Shown here in pieces: positions 61,520 through 64,000 of a stretch of 64,000 nt of DNA. Position numbers and translations under genes: made by a program. Source of the stretch: Cenarchaeum sp. (GTDB lineage: Archaea; Thermoproteota; Nitrososphaeria; Nitrososphaerales; Nitrosopumilaceae); contig OZ242221.1 of NCBI GenBank assembly GCA_965206845.1, positions 992,001 through 1,056,000 on the forward strand, written 5' to 3'. How positions within the stretch are numbered: the first letter of the stretch is position 1; each line of letters begins with the position of its first letter. The notes below the pieces were generated by a model, which saw nothing but the letters and a program-made list of their open reading frames with translations, made no database searches and had not been told where the DNA came from.

Positions 61520-63113
61520 TGTTATGCGCCGCGTTTATGTCGGCGTTGACGTCATTGTAACAGTTGTCATTGGTGCAGCGGAACCTGCCCTGCGATGTGC
61601 GGGATTCCTTGTCCTTGCGCCCACAAGCGCTGCATGTTATGCTGGTGCCCTTGGGGTCCACCATAATTACAGTCACTCCGGCGTTCGCGCACGCCTGCCC
61701 GATCTGCTTTTGGAACGTTCCGGGCCGGGAATAGGCCATCTCCCTGTTTAGCCCCGTCTTGGCGGATCTTCCCTTGCCTTTGACCTTGGCGGTCATGTTG
61801 TTTAGGTTGAGATCCTCCATGGCCACGGTTCTGGCGCCATCGGCTATCTTCTTTGACGCGTGCCTTTCCCAGTTGGTCTGGCGGTTGGCTATCTTCTCGC
61901 GCTTCTTGCGGATCTTCCTTTGGAGTTCCTTATAGCTGCGGGACTTTGGCTTCCTTGTCTTGTTTTTGTTGTGGCCTCTGGTGTTGTTGGTGTTGCTGCT
62001 GCTGCCGCTTCTCGTGTTGTTGGTGCTGCTGCTGCCGCCGCTGCCGTTGGTGCCGTTCCCGAAGTCCGCGTCCTTGCTCCCGCCACCAGAGTCTTCATTG
62101 GTGTCCTGCCTGATCCTGCGGTTGCCCCTCCCGCCGCGCTTCTGAGAGAGCTCGGAGTACATCCTGGACAGGTCGTCGTCCTTGGAGCGCCTGCAGTCCT
62201 TTGGGAGGTCGTGAAATTTATGATGGCCGGTGCCGAGGTCTGCCGTGGCGGCGCCGTGGACTATGCCCATGTCCACGCCCCTTACGACCGCGGATTCAGA
62301 CGGCTCCGGGGCCTTGGTTTCGACCTGGATGTGGAGGCGGTACGTCCTGTTATGGTTCTCCGTGCGCTTCGTGGCCCTCTTCGTCGTCTCCACCAATTGG
62401 AATGATCGCATGTCCAATTTCTCCACGTCGCCGCGCACTCTCACGGTGCCGATTCCCGGTAGCATCACCATGTTGTCGCCTTTGTATACTGGCTTCTCAA
62501 ACACCGAGAGTGACCGCTGCTCCCCTTTCCTCTTGAACAGGTCATTGGTGTGGCTCCATTCGTTCCTCTTGTTGCTCCACTTGTTTGACGGCAGGTTTGA
62601 CGCGGTGTAGATGTCGATGTCCGGTATCCCCTCCTTTTCCCGGTCCCGTCTGGCCAGGTGTTTCCACAGGGACTTGTTGCTGCGCTTTTTCCCGTTGGAT
62701 GCCATGAACTTCTTTACGGCGTCCATGCCCAGCAGGAGGCCGGCCCTCTGCACCATGCAGCTGCAGGCCTCATTGCGTCCGGCGGCCCGCGCCTCCTTGT
62801 CATGGACGAGCCACGCCTTTGAGTTTCTCCATTTCGTTAGCATGTTGTTGAGGTCAAACTTGGTTGTCCTCGGGTCTTTCAGCTTCCCGCGCACGGCCAT
62901 GTTGAAGGCCCACCTCTGCTGGTCCATGTGGCGGGATATGAGATCCGACAGCTCCGCCGACTGGTCAAAGTCCACCTTTATGTTGCGGACCATTATGCCT
63001 TCCATTGAGCGTTTTGACCACTTTTTTGGAGCCGGCTCGGTCGCGGCAGCGGTTGCATCTGCTACCGCCGGCTCCGTTGCTGTTATTGCCGTTGCCGTCA
63101 TGATGGGTTTCAT
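61344..63113 (-). CDS. tnpB: TnpB/Cas12f-like RNA-guided endonuclease, 589 aa
   Basis: RGVDMG, AMEDL, TSITCSACG...CTNDNC, NADINAAHNI; stop inside the TIR. Confidence 0.9.
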   Translation of the reverse strand: MKPIMTATAITATEPAVADATAAATEPAPKKWSKRSMEGIMVRNIKVDFDQSAELSDLISRHMDQQRWAFNMAVRGKLKDPRTTKFDLNNMLTKWRNSKAWLVHDKEARAAGRNEACSCMVQRAGLLLGMDAVKKFMASNGKKRSNKSLWKHLARRDREKEGIPDIDIYTASNLPSNKWSNKRNEWSHTNDLFKRKGEQRSLSVFEKPVYKGDNMVMLPGIGTVRVRGDVEKLDMRSFQLVETTKRATKRTENHNRTYRLHIQVETKAPEPSESAVVRGVDMGIVHGAATADLGTGHHKFHDLPKDCRRSKDDDLSRMYSELSQKRGGRGNRRIRQDTNEDSGGGSKDADFGNGTNGSGGSSSTNNTRSGSSSNTNNTRGHNKNKTRKPKSRSYKELQRKIRKKREKIANRQTNWERHASKKIADGARTVAMEDLNLNNMTAKVKGKGRSAKTGLNREMAYSRPGTFQKQIGQACANAGVTVIMVDPKGTSITCSACGRKDKESRTSQGRFRCTNDNCYNDVNADINAAHNIASKAKALAAGRRGSSSEGARSQRGIAPARSANNTREPSVGGNARAPAKGMGTVHSCI

Positions 63114-63518
63114 TACCGCATGCAAATGCCAAATATGTATAAAAACACCGTGGCAATACCATGCAGACCATGCGGACCGTCCGTGCCGTCACGGCCATCA
63201 GGGAGTGGCAGGTTGCAGGCGCCCAGATGGGAGTGGATACTGTGTGGAGAGACCCGAACAAAAACCCTATCCGAGGGCAGCGTATGGCCATGTTTGCCGT
63301 ATATGATTCCCCGCGCCAGGGACGGAAAAACATGAACGGGACAACCCTGCCGGCCATACTAGAGGGGCATTCCGATCTCTTTGACAACAGAAACAGGACA
63401 TATCGCTTGGATCAACAGGCACTGCGGTTTGCATGCAGACGTTCACTCAACTATATAATCCCCTTGAGAAACGGCCCGCCCGCCACAAGTTCATATCCTG
63501 CGTCGGCGTACCCGATCC

Positions 63519-63740
63519 ATGGACTGGCTTATGGGAGGCATTGCAATCATTCTGCTCGTGGTGGGCCTGGTGGGCCAGGCGTTTGAGATGCGAAGGATCA
63601 GGATATCGACAACCCAGGAGGGAGAGCTGGGCTCCCCCAACATATTTACGGATCGGCGCAATTTCAAGTGGTATGCGCTGATAGGCACGGGAGTCATACT
63701 CTGGTATGTGGCAGAGCAGATCCCGCCCATCTCTATATAG
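63519..63740 (+). CDS. Small two-TM membrane hypothetical protein
   Basis: 73 aa, two hydrophobic segments. Confidence 0.7.
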   Translation: MDWLMGGIAIILLVVGLVGQAFEMRRIRISTTQEGELGSPNIFTDRRNFKWYALIGTGVILWYVAEQIPPISI

Positions 63741-64000
63741 ATCACATCTATATATCGGACACGCGCATGTATGACAGAGCGTGTTTTGGGTAACGCCGAT
63801 CCGATTCTAGACGATGGATCAAGAACAAACCCTAGTATTGGCATCGTGGGTTGCAAAACCCCGACGCCACTTTATACTTTGCAGGCGCGCACTCCAGAAT
63901 GCCGCATGGCACGATGAACCCCATCATGCAGTGGACGGTGCCGCTTCAGACAAACCTTGCGACGTCTCTCTCCTGATGGATCGATCTTATCGCAGTATCG

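Larger units (their letters stand above)
61339..63463 (-). mobile_element. TIR-bounded, TnpB-carrying non-autonomous transposon (copy E3)
   Basis: TIR GGGAATTATATACATGAGTGTAC vs GGGGATTATATAGTTGAGTGAAC (19/23); 8-bp direct repeat TTGAGAAA at 61331-61338 and 63464-63471. Confidence 0.92.

Overview
High-GC archaeal chromosome segment, most consistent with an ammonia-oxidising Nitrososphaerota (Nitrosopumilaceae-like; host association possible but not shown). The housekeeping backbone includes folE/queE, Rieske-cytochrome b-cupredoxin complex III, a heme-copper oxidase operon, ilvE, rpl2, cdc48, gatDE, lhr, rpa, grpE-dnaK-dnaJ, tes, SRP RNA and three tRNAs. The most notable content is a family of ~1.9-2.1 kb transposase-less elements (385-2254, 57606-59551, 61339-63463, plus a remnant at 16018-16273). 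Each full copy encodes a large TnpB/Cas12f-like RuvC nuclease with an intact D-E-D triad. Unlike IS200/IS605 or IS607 elements, they are bounded by GGG(A/G)ATTATATA terminal inverted repeats, and two of the three carry exact 8-bp target-site duplications, i.e. DDE-type ends resembling the IS1595/ISNwi1 group. All three have CCG immediately 5' of the 8-bp target site (candidate TAM) and a conserved, covarying omegaRNA-like structure overlapping the gene's 3' end and the TIR. The window also holds at least three MITE families, IS66 and IS630 remnants, a decayed islet next to tRNA-Lys, and an orphan SWIM + SNF2/DUF3883 pair. No CRISPR array was seen. All calls come from reading the sequence; no searches were run.
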